This document shows, piece after piece, positions 1 to 12,987 of a DNA stretch of 64,000 nt. Location of the stretch: the NCBI GenBank assembly GCA_001643675.2, contig LSRY02000038.1, positions 620,001 to 684,000 of the forward strand. The letters run 5' to 3'. This DNA comes from Monocercomonoides exilis PA203 (lineage: Eukaryota > Protista > Preaxostyla). Under the pieces are notes generated by a model. The model did not search any database. It saw only the letters and a list, made by a program, of their open reading frames with translations, and was not told where the DNA came from. The position numbers and the translations under genes are program-made. How positions within the stretch are numbered: the first letter of the stretch is position 1; every line of letters starts with the position of its first letter.

Positions 1-1554
1 ATAACATCCATCATGGGCACTCTGAGGATGTTGTCACCTTCTGCCTCTGAGACGTCGCTGAGTCAGATTATGAATTCCCTTCGGAAGAAGTCGATCTCGC
101 GCTTCATCTTCGCACTGACTGTGCAGAAGAACGAGCAATTGCAGACTTTTCTGACGCTGCAGCAGATAAGTGCCTTTCAAAAGTTTCCACGTGCTTTTTC
201 GTAGCAGCAGAAGCGGATGTCGCTGGAAGAGTCGTACAAAAGCTGCAAATCGTCCCACGGAGAGATCAGAGAAATAGTCTCATCGAAATCGTCGAGCAGC
301 AAAAGAAAGTGCACCAAAATCTTATCAGAGGACATTCTGGTGCAGATTGAACCAAAAGACACTCTCCCGCAGCTGTTCAACGCAATCCACTAGCTGTTCA
401 CTCCGCTTCTGTCTCTTCTGATAGGCACCATCTGCTCTGAGTCAGACAAACTCACATTCGCCGAAAGAGCTCCAAATACGCCTATCTCTCATATGCCTTC
501 ATCCATTCCTCACCCGCCGTCTATTAATCTGCTTGTTCCTGTTTTCAACATCTCTTCGATGCACCCTTTTTCTGATCCATATCCAGGCAGACACTATTTA
601 GAAATGCATGTTGGGATATGCCCGCTTCTGAAGCGCTATCTTCTTTCGTATTTGTCAGCACCACTTCTTCGGGCGTCTCAAGCGAAACAGGAAATATTGA
701 AGATATTTGCATTGTATTGCGCAATGAAACAGGAGCTTTTAAGCGAAGAAGCGATTTCTGTTGCAGCAGACGTTGCGCAGTTTTTGATGATGTGTACGCA
801 TCCGATTGAGAAGGAGCTGATAGTCCCCCAAATGAAGAAGCTGAAGAGATTATTAGATGAAAGAAAGATGAACAAAACGAATGAAAACGAAAAGACAATC
901 GAAGACGAAGACAAAACGAAAAGCACATCAAAGAAAAAGGCAAAGAAAAACAAAAAGATAAAAGACGAATAAAATGCAGCAGTCACAGAAGAAGAAGAAG
1001 CAGAGGATGATCAGCCATATGTGCCGCTCAAGTCACGTTCGATACAAACTGTGCTGTGTTTGCAAAAGGAACATCAAACACATTCAAAAGATGCTTCGTC
1101 TTCAGAGGAAGAAAAAGGAATGAAAAATGACTCAAATGAAAAGAATGAAGCCATTTTTCTTGCACGTTCAAATGGAATAGCTGCCTTCATTGCATTATCA
1201 GAAATAATATTGCAACGCACAGATGACAAAACAAAGAAAGCTTAAAGTGTCAATGAAGAATCAAAACATTTAGCTCATTCTTATGAAATGTTCTCAAATG
1301 ACTGAACTTTTTCTGATCTGGTTATGAATTTTGCAGGAAAAAAAGCAAAAGAGTTACCTGTTTTCAATCTGCTCTTTTTGATGAATAAAAGAGTGAACAG
1401 AATTGAAGATGACGATTCATTCAATGATAATCCATTTGAACATTCTAATACATTTGAACGGATATCTTCTTCATCATCCTCTTTATCCTCCTCTCATTCT
1501 GAATCCTTTCTCCTCCAACTTTTTCTTTTTCCTCCTCTGTCTTTTTGTTTTTAA
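1..1554 (+). pseudogene. 5'-truncated pseudogene of unknown protein; one reading frame interrupted by in-frame stops
   Basis: ORFs 13-204, 493-972, 1021-1245 and 1324-1554 are all in frame +1. They are separated only by single stops (TAG 202, TAG 391, TAA 970, TAA 1243, TGA ~1300), with coding-like sequence between. Confidence 0.6.
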
Positions 1555-2012
1555 CGAAACCTTTCAACGAACTCAAATACCGTTCCTCTTCATTAGGCTT
1601 CACCACAAACATATGCAAACAGCAAATATCGTCCTGAAGAATCTCCAAGCGAAACAGCATTCTGACAAGCGAATAAATCGCTGCTCTGTTCATCGCAATC
1701 ATAAAGTCTAAAAATATCTCTGTGAAGAAAGGCAGCATGCACGGGTGATCACACATAATGGAAACAAATTCTCCGCTCTGGGAGCCTGCTATGGATTGAA
1801 CCTCTTCCCCACCTTTCAGTCAGAATTTCTTCACTAACCAGGAAAACAGAGAGTCTGGAAGATCCATATAATTTCTCTGGAACTCTGCCAGCGAAGTCTT
1901 CTGCAGCGCAGCAGGAGCGGACGAGGTCAGAAGAGTGGAAGAAGCAAAAGAGAGCTTTTACAGGTGAACACTTGTTGAATGCAGCTCCGATGGTCAAACG
2001 CCAAGGCGCTGC

Positions 2013-3536
2013 TCACGTCATGGAATTGTGAATTGAAGACTGCAATGGAGCGCAATAAAAGCTGTGAAGTATTGTGAGAAGGAGGCTTCTCGGAAGCTGC
2101 TTTGCTTTGACCTTTTGACTTGGATGAATGAGAAATGCGGAGCGAAGGGATGCGCAGGTACAAAAGACTGCGGATTTGCTGGAAAAATGAGCACACTTGC
2201 GAGAGGATGGCAGTGACGGACTGACCTGTTGAAACTGACCTGTCAGTGGAGCTATCCTGAAGCTGAAAAGGAACAAGTGTGTGTGTTCTGAATGATCGTT
2301 CGTTGATTAGCATTCTCCTGATTTTTTAGGATGCGCTTCTTCAGCCTCTCCTGTCATCTTCATTATCGCACTCAACTTTATCATCATATTCTTCTTCCTC
2401 TTCTTCCTCTTCTTCCTTCTCCAAATCAATGATCTGCCCTCTCTCCCTGACTCCTCATTCAACCCCAAATCATTCGCAGACATTTCCACATGTTCCTCAT
2501 CTTTCCCCACATTTTCTTCTCTTCCATCGAAAGTTGTGCCCAAAGACCCGTCTGCTGCTTCTTCTTCTGCTCTTGATATCTCCTGTTGGATGCCATCAGA
2601 TGGAGAAGAACTGTGCACTTCGGGTTCAACTGAATGCTGCTTGCTTACACCCACCTCAGACTCTGCCTTAACAAACCTCAGGCCGCTCAGACCAAGCGCC
2701 TTAACAATCAACTGCGCCATCGCTTCTTACTGCTTCCCCTGGTTATCTTTGATTTTCTCCACAAACTCTCTGTGCGCTACCGGATACCCACCTTTAACTT
2801 CATCCCCATCACCTCCCTCTGCCTCTTCCCGCTCCTCCGGCACAGCCAGCGCAATCGCTGCTAGAGACAGAACCACATCCTCCATCTTCGGACCAACCAC
2901 ATCCAACCCTTTCTCCACAATCTCTCCCACTTCACACACTGCTATCACTCGCTCCATCATTACGTCATCCAGCTTCACCACCATACGCCTCGACTGCGGA
3001 GATCGCCACATCTGCAGCGACGGGTCAAACAGATCGTAGATCGACGGGAACGCATTCACATCTGCCGCTGCAAAGATCCGCTTGCTTCCCGACTTCGTGC
3101 CCACCGACGCTGCAAGCGACGGAAGCGGTGCCACCAGCGGAACCGAAAGCATCGCTGAAAGCGCCACATCGTATGCACATACAACACCCCCATACAGCAC
3201 CGCCCACCGAGCCACAACATATCCCTACAGCGTCTACGGCAACAGCGGCATGTGCCACGCACACACACCAGACGCCTCAGGCACCACATTTCGCAGCCAC
3301 CTCTCGATTTCTTCCATCGCTGCCACCGACGTGTATGACACATCCACCTCCGAGGCATCCGAAGTGTCAATCGCAGGTGCTGATGAAGATACGGATGATT
3401 TATTACCCCTGTGGCATTCTTCTCTTTTCTTCTCGACATCTAGATTGCAGAGCCAAATTTGAGTCATGCTCCAGTTGGAGAAGAAGATGAGGATAGAGAA
3501 AGTGATAAAGGAACTGAGCGAAGCTTTAATTGCCAT
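2013..3536 (-). pseudogene. Degenerate member of a dispersed repeated gene family, function unknown
   Basis: ORFs 3234-3536, 2727-3215, 2307-2720 and 2013-2276 share one frame and are split by TAG/TAA stops. A diverged second copy lies at ~14290-14840 on the + strand (shared e.g. ctttcagcgatgcttt, cacgaagtcggg.agcaagcggatctttgcagcg). Confidence 0.65.
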
Positions 3537-4340
3537 GAATGATCAACCTCCGTAAGTTTTTCAGTTACCCCCACAACGTCTGTCGATAGCTCTTTATAAA
3601 CAGAAACACAGCATCCACATCAGGATCAGAAATATAGATAATCGGCCAATGCTCACCGTTTTCGTGCGATAAGAACTTTTAAACCATTTCTTCTCCTTGT
3701 AATGAATGAAAGTGAAAAGAAAAAGATTAGAAAAAAGCAAAAGAGAAAATTTCCTCCACAAAAGATGAGATTCGTCATTTGATTCAAAAAATGATATTAA
3801 TCATTTTGAAATATTGATTTCAAGCCTTTTGATGTTGATATTGCAGATTTTATTTAATTTTTATAAAACATATGTAATCGATAAATATATTCAAATTCTT
3901 GAATTTTATTTTTCAATCATGAGCATTTAAACGTTAAAATTTTCATGATCATTAACTTTCAAAAATATAACATAAAATATACAACTTTTCACCTTTTCGT
4001 TTTTTCAACTCATTGAAATGTTCAAATGGTTATAATTATTCAAAAAATCAAAATGTCTATTTGAATAAACGAAACAAAAAAGATCTATATTTGTGGAAAT
4101 AATTGTTTGCCACAAGTTACAACTGACTGTTTATTATTTTAATAAAAAATGAAAAGTTAGTTAAAAGATTATATGAAATAGATGAAATTGAAGCTTCATA
4201 ATTTATAATAACTTCAAAAAATAACAATAAGAAATGATAAACAATATATGATGGGATATGAATGATCGATATTTTTTGATCATTTGTGATCTTTTGTGGG
4301 ACAACATTAAAGAAGAGGAACTTTTCGAAAAAATTTTGCC

Positions 4341-7300
4341 AATTTTATTTTATATTCATTGTTATAATTTATTGAAACTCAAATCGATCGGAATGAAGCA
4401 AAATAATAATGTTGAAAAACTCCAAGAAAATTTTCAGATCACTGTCCCATAATATTTTCTATTTGAAGGCAAGATATTTATTATTCAATTTTAAGACTTT
4501 ATGGAGTTTAAAACGATTTTTCAATGCTATATTTAAAGAAAAGGTTTAATTTTTTGTGCTTAAATTGGAAAGACAAGAGTCACATATTCTTATCAATCGT
4601 TATTCTTTCTGAATCGGCAAATACGCGATATATCCGCTCAAATATTATAATTTGTTATTCAAAACGAAGAAATACAAAATACAAGTTGATGAATGCATAT
4701 CTAATGGTATGTTTATAAATTTTCATTGAAATTAAAGATTATTAAAAAATCTATTATTATTTTTCTTGTTTCTATACTGAAACATTTATTTTGCATTTGG
4801 CTTCTGAAAAAAGTGTCGATTTTTAATGCAACCTTCATTTCATTGTTCATGAACGCAATGGTGATGTTGGAAAGGAAAGAACCGCCGTTTTGGAAAGGAT
4901 TTGAGAAGAATGAATGAGTAGAATGAATTAAGGAAGATATAAAATGATTGATGGATCAAACGAAACATGGGAAACAAATGTGAACAAGAAGAAATATGTA
5001 GTTGGATGTTTTTTTTCAGAGGTGTTTAAGGAAGATGAATTGAATAAAAGTGAATGGACTGAGATTTGAATGCGCAGCGAAGCTGGGACTGAAGGAAAGG
5101 ATGGGAAGGCGCGGAGTGTAAGAAAAATTTAGTTAAAGATTCATGAGCTTGGTTGTTGAGCTTGGTATTTATGGAAAGTCGGGCGAAGAGGATGACGAAG
5201 CAGAATTGTGGATTGCAGATTTTGCGATGGGAAAATGAAATGGGGTGAGGAATGTTTGTAGGTGTGATGATTCCACACTGGCAAGGTTGTTGGCAATGTT
5301 GAAGGAGGTGACAGACACAATGTGTTTTGGAGCAGAAAGGATGAGAAAAGCAGACAGAAGAAATGAGAGAGGATGGTGAGAGGCAGGCTGTGGGGAGTGA
5401 GGATGAAGCTGAGGAAAGGATGATGGATGGACATATGTTTCATGGAGCAGATGTGTTTGTAGAGTGAAGCTGAGGGGCAGTTTTTTTATTGGGAGAGCGA
5501 GAAAAGAAGAGGAAGATGGAGAACATATGGAGGGTGTGGAGCTTGTTGTAACAAGAGAAGGAAGATGAAGGAAAGGGAGGCATTTGAATTGTGTTATGAA
5601 CAGAGAAGATGGAATTGTCTTCGAAAATTCACAGAAAATTGTTTTATGTTGTTTTGAGAGATCTCAATCTTTGTATTCTCGGGTTTTTCTCATTCAAATT
5701 GTTGGTTTTTTTTTTATTCAGAACCATTTTGCATAGGCTCAGTTTTGTTTGGCTGTATGTTTTTTCTTTCATTCACTTGATGTTTGTACCATATTTGATG
5801 AATTTTTCACTTAAATGTTTTGTTTTGTTTTTGTTTCGGATCTTTTTACGAATTTGTGAAAGTTCATTTTAAAAGAAAACAATTATTCTTTCATTTTGTG
5901 ATATCAAAAGTATTCTTTTTTCAAAAAATCAAAATAAAAAGTTCAATAAATGAGCAAAGAATATTAATTAAAATAATAAAAGCACTTTTCGTTTTTGCAA
6001 TAGCTAATTCCAGGATCAGGTTTTGACTACGGTTCCCTTTGAGTTGGGAACTCAATCTTTGAGGAGATGCAGTTAAATTGCTTTTTTATCTCAACATCAA
6101 TCATCTTCAACTGCTTCAGAGCCACTTCAAACACAGATGACGAGATTCCACTCCCTCCTGACACCGAAAAACTGATCAAAACATCCTCCAGCGAAAGAGT
6201 CCCGCTCCCCACAGACACCACAAACACACTTGGCGATGAGCTTCTCATCGAGTTGTGATCGATCCCCACATGCCCCACCTCCAGTTGGCCAGAAGATATG
6301 CTGAACAGAGTAGTTGCAGGCGAAGAAAGCGCACTTGTCCCAACCACACTCACTGCCTTCCCTCTCCCAACAACTGAAATCTTCTTTTCCCCAACACTGA
6401 TTGTTGTCCCTTCGCTCACATGCCTCCCACCCAGCAACGTGATTGTCGAGCTCAGCTGCGCCATGCTCAACCCCACCGCACGTCCCACTGTCTTGCACGG
6501 CGCATACTCGCTCATCCCATACAGATTGTTCGTGTCATCCCCACTCACTCCAACATACCGATCTTTCATCCCTTCCTTCAGCCAGCCCTTCTTTTGTGTT
6601 TCCTGATACACCCAATTGTTTCCGTTATAATATTGGTAGTACACTCTCTTATCATTGCTGTTCGTTGTGTACGATTCGTAGAACGGGTTGTTCGAAGAAA
6701 AGTGATTGTTAGCATCTGAAAAATACATATCGTGGCCATATGGAGTGGAAGTGGTTGTGCATCTGCAATCGTGGAAGAAGAAGAAATAGCAATAAATGTT
6801 GTTGCTTGGAGCTGTTTGTTGGTTTGGATTGAAACACAATCCTCCACCAGTTGATGTTGCGTTGCACGAAATAAACTGGATGCTCCTCATTTTGAATGCA
6901 GTTGGGACACTTTCACAAAACATCCCTCCGCCACTTGAACCCGTAAGAGAGCACAAAGTGAATGAGCACTCAAACACGCAAGCGCTCTCCCCGTTCCCAC
7001 TTTCTGTTCCAATACATGAAGATCCAGAAACCTTAAAAGTGTAAAGATAAAGGCCTCCTCCACATTCTTTTGCTGTGCATTTCTGGAACTTGCACCCACT
7101 GATCCTGACACACGAAGTAATGTCATATGCATGAATTCCTCCTCCACGATAATTTTTTGCTGTACATGCATTGAATGAGTTGTTCTCAATCTTGATTGAA
7201 CTGATCTCATGACACATAATACCTCCCCCAGCATAATGCGCATAACATTCATTGAACGAACAAAATTTCACTGAAAGTGTTCCCGATGCTTTGTTATTCA

Positions 7301-7752
7301 TGAAAATCGCTCTGCCATTTGAAGTTCCATAAGAATAACCAGCGTTTGTCCCAGTAGTTTTTGAGCCATTCCGCACACACCCGGTGAACGAATTCGTCCA
7401 GTGAACGAAATGATCTTCCTTCCTCACATGCATTTATATGATTTATTGAAATCATGATCAATTTCAAAAGATGTGTTCATTTGCAAAGACCAAAAAATAA
7501 AAAATCAAAAATTCATATGATAATAAAAAAAACCGTATGTTTTCAAACATGAATACTCAAAATATGCAATGAAGTCAAATAAATCCCATATAAAATATGA
7601 AAAGTATTTTAAAGCGGGATAGATCATAAAAAAATTTTGATTATGGGACAGTGATCTGAAAATTTTCTTGGAGTTTTTCAACATTATTATTTTGCTTCAT
7701 TCCGATCGATTTGAGTTTCAATAAATTATAACAATTAATATGAAATAAAATT
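4341..7752. repeat. 113-bp inverted repeat pair (4341-4453 and 7640-7752) bracketing 3.2 kb
   Basis: The reverse complement of 4341-4453 matches 7640-7752 with about 2 mismatches (attatgggacagtgatctgaaaattttcttggag...ataaaatt). No TSD was found. Confidence 0.85.
6027..7433 (-). CDS. Right-handed beta-helix / Pmp-like repeat protein, probably an internal fragment of a larger surface-protein family gene
   Basis: 468-aa ORF with repeated F..C.A...GGG(I/L/M) motifs and a YVGVSGDD...C..V motif. It has no signal peptide or TM segment and an abrupt C-terminus. Confidence 0.65.
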   Translation of the reverse strand: MHVRKEDHFVHWTNSFTGCVRNGSKTTGTNAGYSYGTSNGRAIFMNNKASGTLSVKFCSFNECYAHYAGGGIMCHEISSIKIENNSFNACTAKNYRGGGIHAYDITSCVRISGCKFQKCTAKECGGGLYLYTFKVSGSSCIGTESGNGESACVFECSFTLCSLTGSSGGGMFCESVPTAFKMRSIQFISCNATSTGGGLCFNPNQQTAPSNNIYCYFFFFHDCRCTTTSTPYGHDMYFSDANNHFSSNNPFYESYTTNSNDKRVYYQYYNGNNWVYQETQKKGWLKEGMKDRYVGVSGDDTNNLYGMSEYAPCKTVGRAVGLSMAQLSSTITLLGGRHVSEGTTISVGEKKISVVGRGKAVSVVGTSALSSPATTLFSISSGQLEVGHVGIDHNSMRSSSPSVFVVSVGSGTLSLEDVLISFSVSGGSGISSSVFEVALKQLKMIDVEIKKQFNCISSKIEFPTQREP

Positions 7753-8817
7753 CAAATTTTTAAGTGGCTTCAACAAAATGGTACAATTCAGACCTATGCC
7801 ATTTTTTTTGCCTTTTTTAAATCCATTTTGATTCGATCTTACCAGTTGTGAAAAAAGTTTTCTGGTTTTTGTTTCAAACAATGTTTTTCTAATTAAAATT
7901 CTAATCTATCTATTAAATGTTGCACATTTCATTTTTTTTTTCTTACTTATGTTTTCATTTGATTTCTCTTTTGTGAAATGAAACTATTTTGACATTTGAT
8001 GATGAATGTTGAAAATAATTCGTTGCTTTCTATTGTTTGTTTCACATTGATAATAATGAAGAAAAAACAAAATAAATTAAGTTGAAAGAAATGCCTGTGG
8101 TTTTGGTTTTTGTATTTGCATCCACTGTCACTTTTTGAAAATAGAAAGGAGACACGAAACACCTTAAAAAGTGTTTCAAATGTGAATTGAAAATTACAAA
8201 AAAACAAGAACAAAAATGAAAATAAAACGATATATTTATTATTCATAATCCTGCATTCCATTTTTGTCTTTAATTCTCTTTTCGTTTTATTGAAAACTTC
8301 CTTGAATATCAAAGATTGATATATTCAATTAAAATATTTTCAAAATTGATTTGTGAAACAAAAATGAGAAATGAATGAAAAGTTTAAAAATAAAGTGAAA
8401 TATTCGAGTATGCAAACAAAAAAAAAAAAGAATAGCTTAAGAATTCAAACTTTTGAACTTACCAAAGAAAAATTTCAAATCTGAGAACCTCCATATTAAC
8501 TAAATAAAACCAATTTTAAAATGAACAACTAAATAAATTTTTTATGGAACTTTAATTTATGCGCATATTCGATAAATTATTTGAAAATCCATTCATTTCA
8601 GTCAATAAAATAAGTCAAACGACAAAAGTATTTTATTCTCCTGATTGACATATAATTATTATGGGAATTGATCATTCATCGTAAAAAATTACGATGTCAA
8701 AAAAAATCACACATATATTTTGGTGAAGCATCTTCAATAATCTCTGAATCTTCATCTTCAATCGCATTTTCAATTAAAATAAAGTCAAATAAATTTCAAA
8801 TAAAAATATTTTTCGAA

Positions 8818-9096
8818 CCAATTCTTTTGTTTTTTTCGCTGTCAGGTTTGTTCCATTCTTTACTTCAATTTTTATCACGTCTGTTACAATTTCCTTTATT
8901 TCCTTGAACAGCAATGTTGGTCTTCCCACTTTGGCAACATCCCTGTCGCTTTAGACAGCCTTCACTGCATGGATGAGTGTTTTTTTGTAAATTCACCGAA
9001 GTTGGTTGCATCCACAAGCCTGGCTTTTCAATCAATCAAAATTCGCGCCATTCTCTCGAGTCTATTTTCATAAATGCAAAAGTCAATCGATGCCAT
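8818..9096 (-). pseudogene. Relic of exon 1 (HTH region) of the pogo-like transposase family
   Basis: Translates as MASIDFCIYENRLERMARILID*KARLVDATNFGEF...KVGRPTLL...KTKEL|gt. This aligns to MMSFDYRCFENRLERMATIVINRKERIVDAVNLHEF...QMKQL|gt at 58641 with the same intron donor position. It has stops and a frameshift. Confidence 0.75.
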
Positions 9097-9683
9097 TTCT
9101 GCCTGCACTTTTCTTTTCCCTTCTTCAGCTTTTTTTTGGATCAAAAATAAATCATATTTTTTGGGAAATGAATAAAAAAAAGTTTTTCCGAAACAGCCAA
9201 AAGACATTTCAAGTTTTGAGATACGAAGTGTTAGCTTTAGAAAATTTTTGTTTATTCAATTGTTTCGAAAAAGAATTTGTCATATTTTTTTTATACGATA
9301 ATTTCACTTACGATTTTAACTGTTGTCCTGAAATCAAATTGGCTCATCTATTCATCCACTGATGATTAACATAATTGAGTGGAAAAAGAATATTTGCTTC
9401 TAATATAAAAATTAACCTTTCACAAGGTAAATGAAAAAATGTACCAATAAAAAAAGTTGTTTATTTAAACACCAACCTGCCTAAAAATAGACATTTCTGA
9501 CTATTTTTTGCTAACAACGAGCTTGTTTTGAGCCGTGGCCAGCTCCGCATAAAAAAATTGATAAATCAGAGGAAAAGTACAACCCGACATTTTTTTTTCA
9601 TATTCCTTCATCTCATTTTTGAAGTGAAAAAAACATGAAATAACAATTATTATTAATGTTTGTTTTACATTTTACGAGATGAT

Positions 9684-9721
<38 letters not shown>

Positions 9722-9747
9722 ACAAAAATCAATATATCTCATTTTTT

Positions 9748-11235
9748 TCAAACATTAAAAAAATAATCAGAAATGTTTTTCGAAAAGAAATGATCATAAT
9801 TTCTTTTAAAAAACTCTAAAGTTTTATGAAAGCTAATGATAGTATCTTCGTATCCTTCTTCTTCCAACTTGTCAAGCAGCTCCTTTTTTGTGATCTTTCT
9901 TTCTGCTTCTTCCATTTCATCATCCTCCTTTTCTTCCTCTTCCTCTTCCTCTTCCTCCTCCTCCTCTTCTTCTTCTCTCATTCGATTTGAAACATTTATG
10001 AAAAAAGCCAAGAGGCTATACGCAATTTTGTCATTCAATGTTTGTCTCTGAATCTCCTCCAAAACAGCTTCCACAGCTCCTCCATTCAATATATCTTCAA
10101 CTTTCACAACTCTCCTTTTTGCTGCATTTCTCAAGGAGTAAATGCATTGATCGCAAAGTTCTTTGTGATTGTCCTTTGCTGCTCGAAATACTCTAACTAT
10201 GTTTCTGAAAAGACTGACATATTCTTTATTCTCTGATTTGCATCTGAAGAAATAAATGTTCGATATTTCGAGCCATCTTATCAAAATAAACTCTTCTTTC
10301 GTTTCTTCTTTGTTCATTTCCTCTTTTTTCTTCTTCCAATTCGCGTTTCTTGTTAGATCTTCCAGTTCTCTTGCTGCTTCTCTTCCAAAATGCATCTCAT
10401 TCGCAATTACTTCTTCCAAGCTGTTGTCATACCAAAATCGGTTAATTAAAATCTTCCAAGCAGACTGATAGGCCAGATGCGTAAGATTTCTGTGTTTCTT
10501 TTGATGTTCGATGATTTCTTTGATCTCATTCAAATATCGTTCTTGCCTTAAATACTAATAAGAAATAAGAAAAATATCAAAATGAAAAAGAAGTGCTCAC
10601 ACATAACGATCATCAATGCAACTCAAACACAATAAAGCCATTTCCACATCCTTTTGATTCTCCTCGCTTTCCTCTTTGTGCAATGCAACTTTCAGAAGGC
10701 AAGGAACACAAATTGAAGCAAATTCATTTGAAGTATCATCATCACTAAGCAAAGCAAAACATTCGCAAAGTTCAATCAATAGATTTTTGTTCTTTTTTCC
10801 TTTCTTCTTCTCATTTTCATTAATAATTATCTTCTCAAATCTTTTGTTCAGTGAAGAATATTTAAATTCGCATATCCAAATTCTTTTCAGCACATTGTAA
10901 TATCCAGCATGCTTCATCAGCAAAATTGAATTTTCTATCGTCAATTTGTTTTCTTCAATCATTTTGTCCATTTTATCAAACAGATCTGTCTTAAAAATGG
11001 ATCTGAATTCTTCTTTTTCCATCTCTTCAACAAGTCCGTTCATTTCACGAATTTTCTGTTTTTGTTCATCTTCATCGCAATTTTCGAGATCATCAAGCAA
11101 CTCTTCAGAATAAAAAGAAAGCAAAGTGTTGAATATTTAAAAAAAAAATGAAAAATAAAACAAACTCAAAAACTTTTCTCTTGTGGGAATATTTCGAATC
11201 TCGTCGATATGCTTATCATCGATGCACAACGTCAT
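9748..11235 (-). CDS. Expanded lineage-specific ~470-aa alpha-helical protein family member (3 exons)
   Basis: ATG at 11235, with short GT-AG introns near 11165-11110 and 10602-10555. Family motifs QKQKI.EMN, ICVPCLLK.AL.KEESEE..K.VEMALL, HRNLT.LAYQSA, LEEEGYED and ISDYF.N are shared with four other loci in the window. Confidence 0.8.
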
Positions 11236-11564
11236 TCTGTTAATAGCAAAAAAAACGTAATATTTATCGAGCAAACATTTGTGCAAAATGAACAATCGAT
11301 AATTTTAAACATGTTTGATTATCTTGCAAAACGAAAAGGTTGCAACCACAAAAACAATTGCCTGACTTTAAAAAAATAAGTGTAGAAAAAGGAATATTCA
11401 CCGATGCAAATGATCTTGGCTGGAGAAGGTCAGAAATACAAATTGTTTTGTTTCTGTTTGATCAAACCATCGAAAATAATGATTCTTCAATGGATTTCGG
11501 ATTTTGAGATATTTTATTCCATGAGTTGGATTTTATCCAATTTTGTTGTCTGGGAAACATCAAA

Positions 11565-12987
11565 GGCATATGCTTATTATACGGGAATGTGAATAATTGA
11601 AAAAAACCAGGTTAAAACAAATGTTTAACAAATAATAAGGTGATAATAGCAAACGATATTGATCGGAGTTTGTTCTGTGTCGATATAAAAAATCACAAAG
11701 TTTTTGATCAATCCAATAAATAATTCAATATATGGTTTGTGATCTTCAATTTTCTAATTTGATGGCAGCTCCAGAAAGAGAGATATGCTCGACGAGTGAG
11801 TTATTAGACATTTTTCACAACGAAGATTTGACGTGGGATTGGTTTCACATGGTTTTTTTCAAAGGCGAGGTTTTCGTGTGCAAGAAATGCCGAAGACGGA
11901 TGACAATCCAGATGAACGATAAAAACTATAGATATTGGAACTGTTCTCACTGCAAAATCAAAAAATCTGTTTTAGATGGGACTGTGTTTTCTAAAAGCAA
12001 AATTGGATTGGGAAAAACTCTTAGAACACTTTTGTTACAGTGGGTTGGAATATCTATTAACAATACTGCAGAATTAATTGGCATTAATCGCAATACAGTT
12101 GCATTTTGGGCTAGCGTTTTAAGGGTCGTGTGCATGAAGATATGGAATTCGAAGCAAATACATATTGGAGGAAAAGGAAAGATAGTCGAAATCGATGAGG
12201 CTGTCTGGCGTCGAAGAAAGTGTAGAAGGGGAAGAAGAAAAGAGCAAATTTGGTTGTTTGGCGGAGTAGAAAGGCTTGACGGTGGAGGAGCAGGACCTAG
12301 ATTTGTGATTATTGTCCCCAACAGAACAAAAGAAACGCTCCTTCCAATTATTCTTGAATACATTAAGCCCGAAACCATCATCATGAGCGATGAGTGGAAG
12401 GCATACGAATGCTAAAATACGTATGGATATGAACACAGAACAGTGTGCCACAAAAGGAATTTCGTTGACCCGGCTACAAAAGCATGCACAAACACTATCG
12501 AAGGTTTATGGGGAACTTTACGAAAAGCATTTCCACCGTACGGAGTTCGAAAATCTTTAATTGCAGATCACCTTGCAATGGTTTTGGTTAAAGACTCGAA
12601 AGAATATAATTTCTTGGAAATTTTAGAATTTGTCAGTGAATACGAGATAGAAAATGAAAAACATGAGCAAGTGGAAAATGATTCAGAAAATAGCGAAGAA
12701 GAATTGCCAACAATCGATGACATAATTAATAATGATAGCAGCGAAGAAGAAACATCGGGCTTTTCACAAGTTGAAGAAAAAACTTCTGATTACAAACCCT
12801 AAAAATTTTTAAAATAATTTTTGTAAAATTTTCCCATTAAATATTCATTTTTAAAGGTTTTTTCCCCTGCATCACACACTCATTTCCGATAAAAAATAAA
12901 TACGTAAATCAACACTATTCCATATTAACAATTGTAATATACATGAAATTTAGGAATTCCAGCATTCCCGTATTTTCAGCATATACC
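11565..12987 (+). mobile_element. Merlin (IS1016/ISXO2-like, IS1595 family) DNA transposon with complete ends
   Basis: 25-bp TIRs ggcatatgcttattatacgggaatg (11565-11589) and cattcccgtattttcagcatatacc (12963-12987) match at 21/25. A perfect 8-bp TSD ACATCAAA lies at 11557-11564 and 12988-12995, and a transposase lies inside. Confidence 0.95.
11732..12802 (+). pseudogene. ISXO2-like (Merlin) DDE transposase with one in-frame stop
   Basis: N-terminal CxxC...CxxC zinc ribbon and HTH, then IVEIDE, WLFGGVER, IIMSDEWKAY, H.TV.HK.NFVDP, TNTIEGLW. A TAA at 12413-12415 splits an otherwise continuous frame. Confidence 0.92.

Noticed and set aside
9686-9718. A33 tract as the poly(A) tail of the 9748 gene
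   Set aside because: It is on the wrong strand for that minus-strand gene, which also retains its introns.
11732-12802. Bacterial IS contamination
   Set aside because: The element is integrated with a TSD in intron-containing eukaryotic sequence of similar composition, consistent with Merlin.
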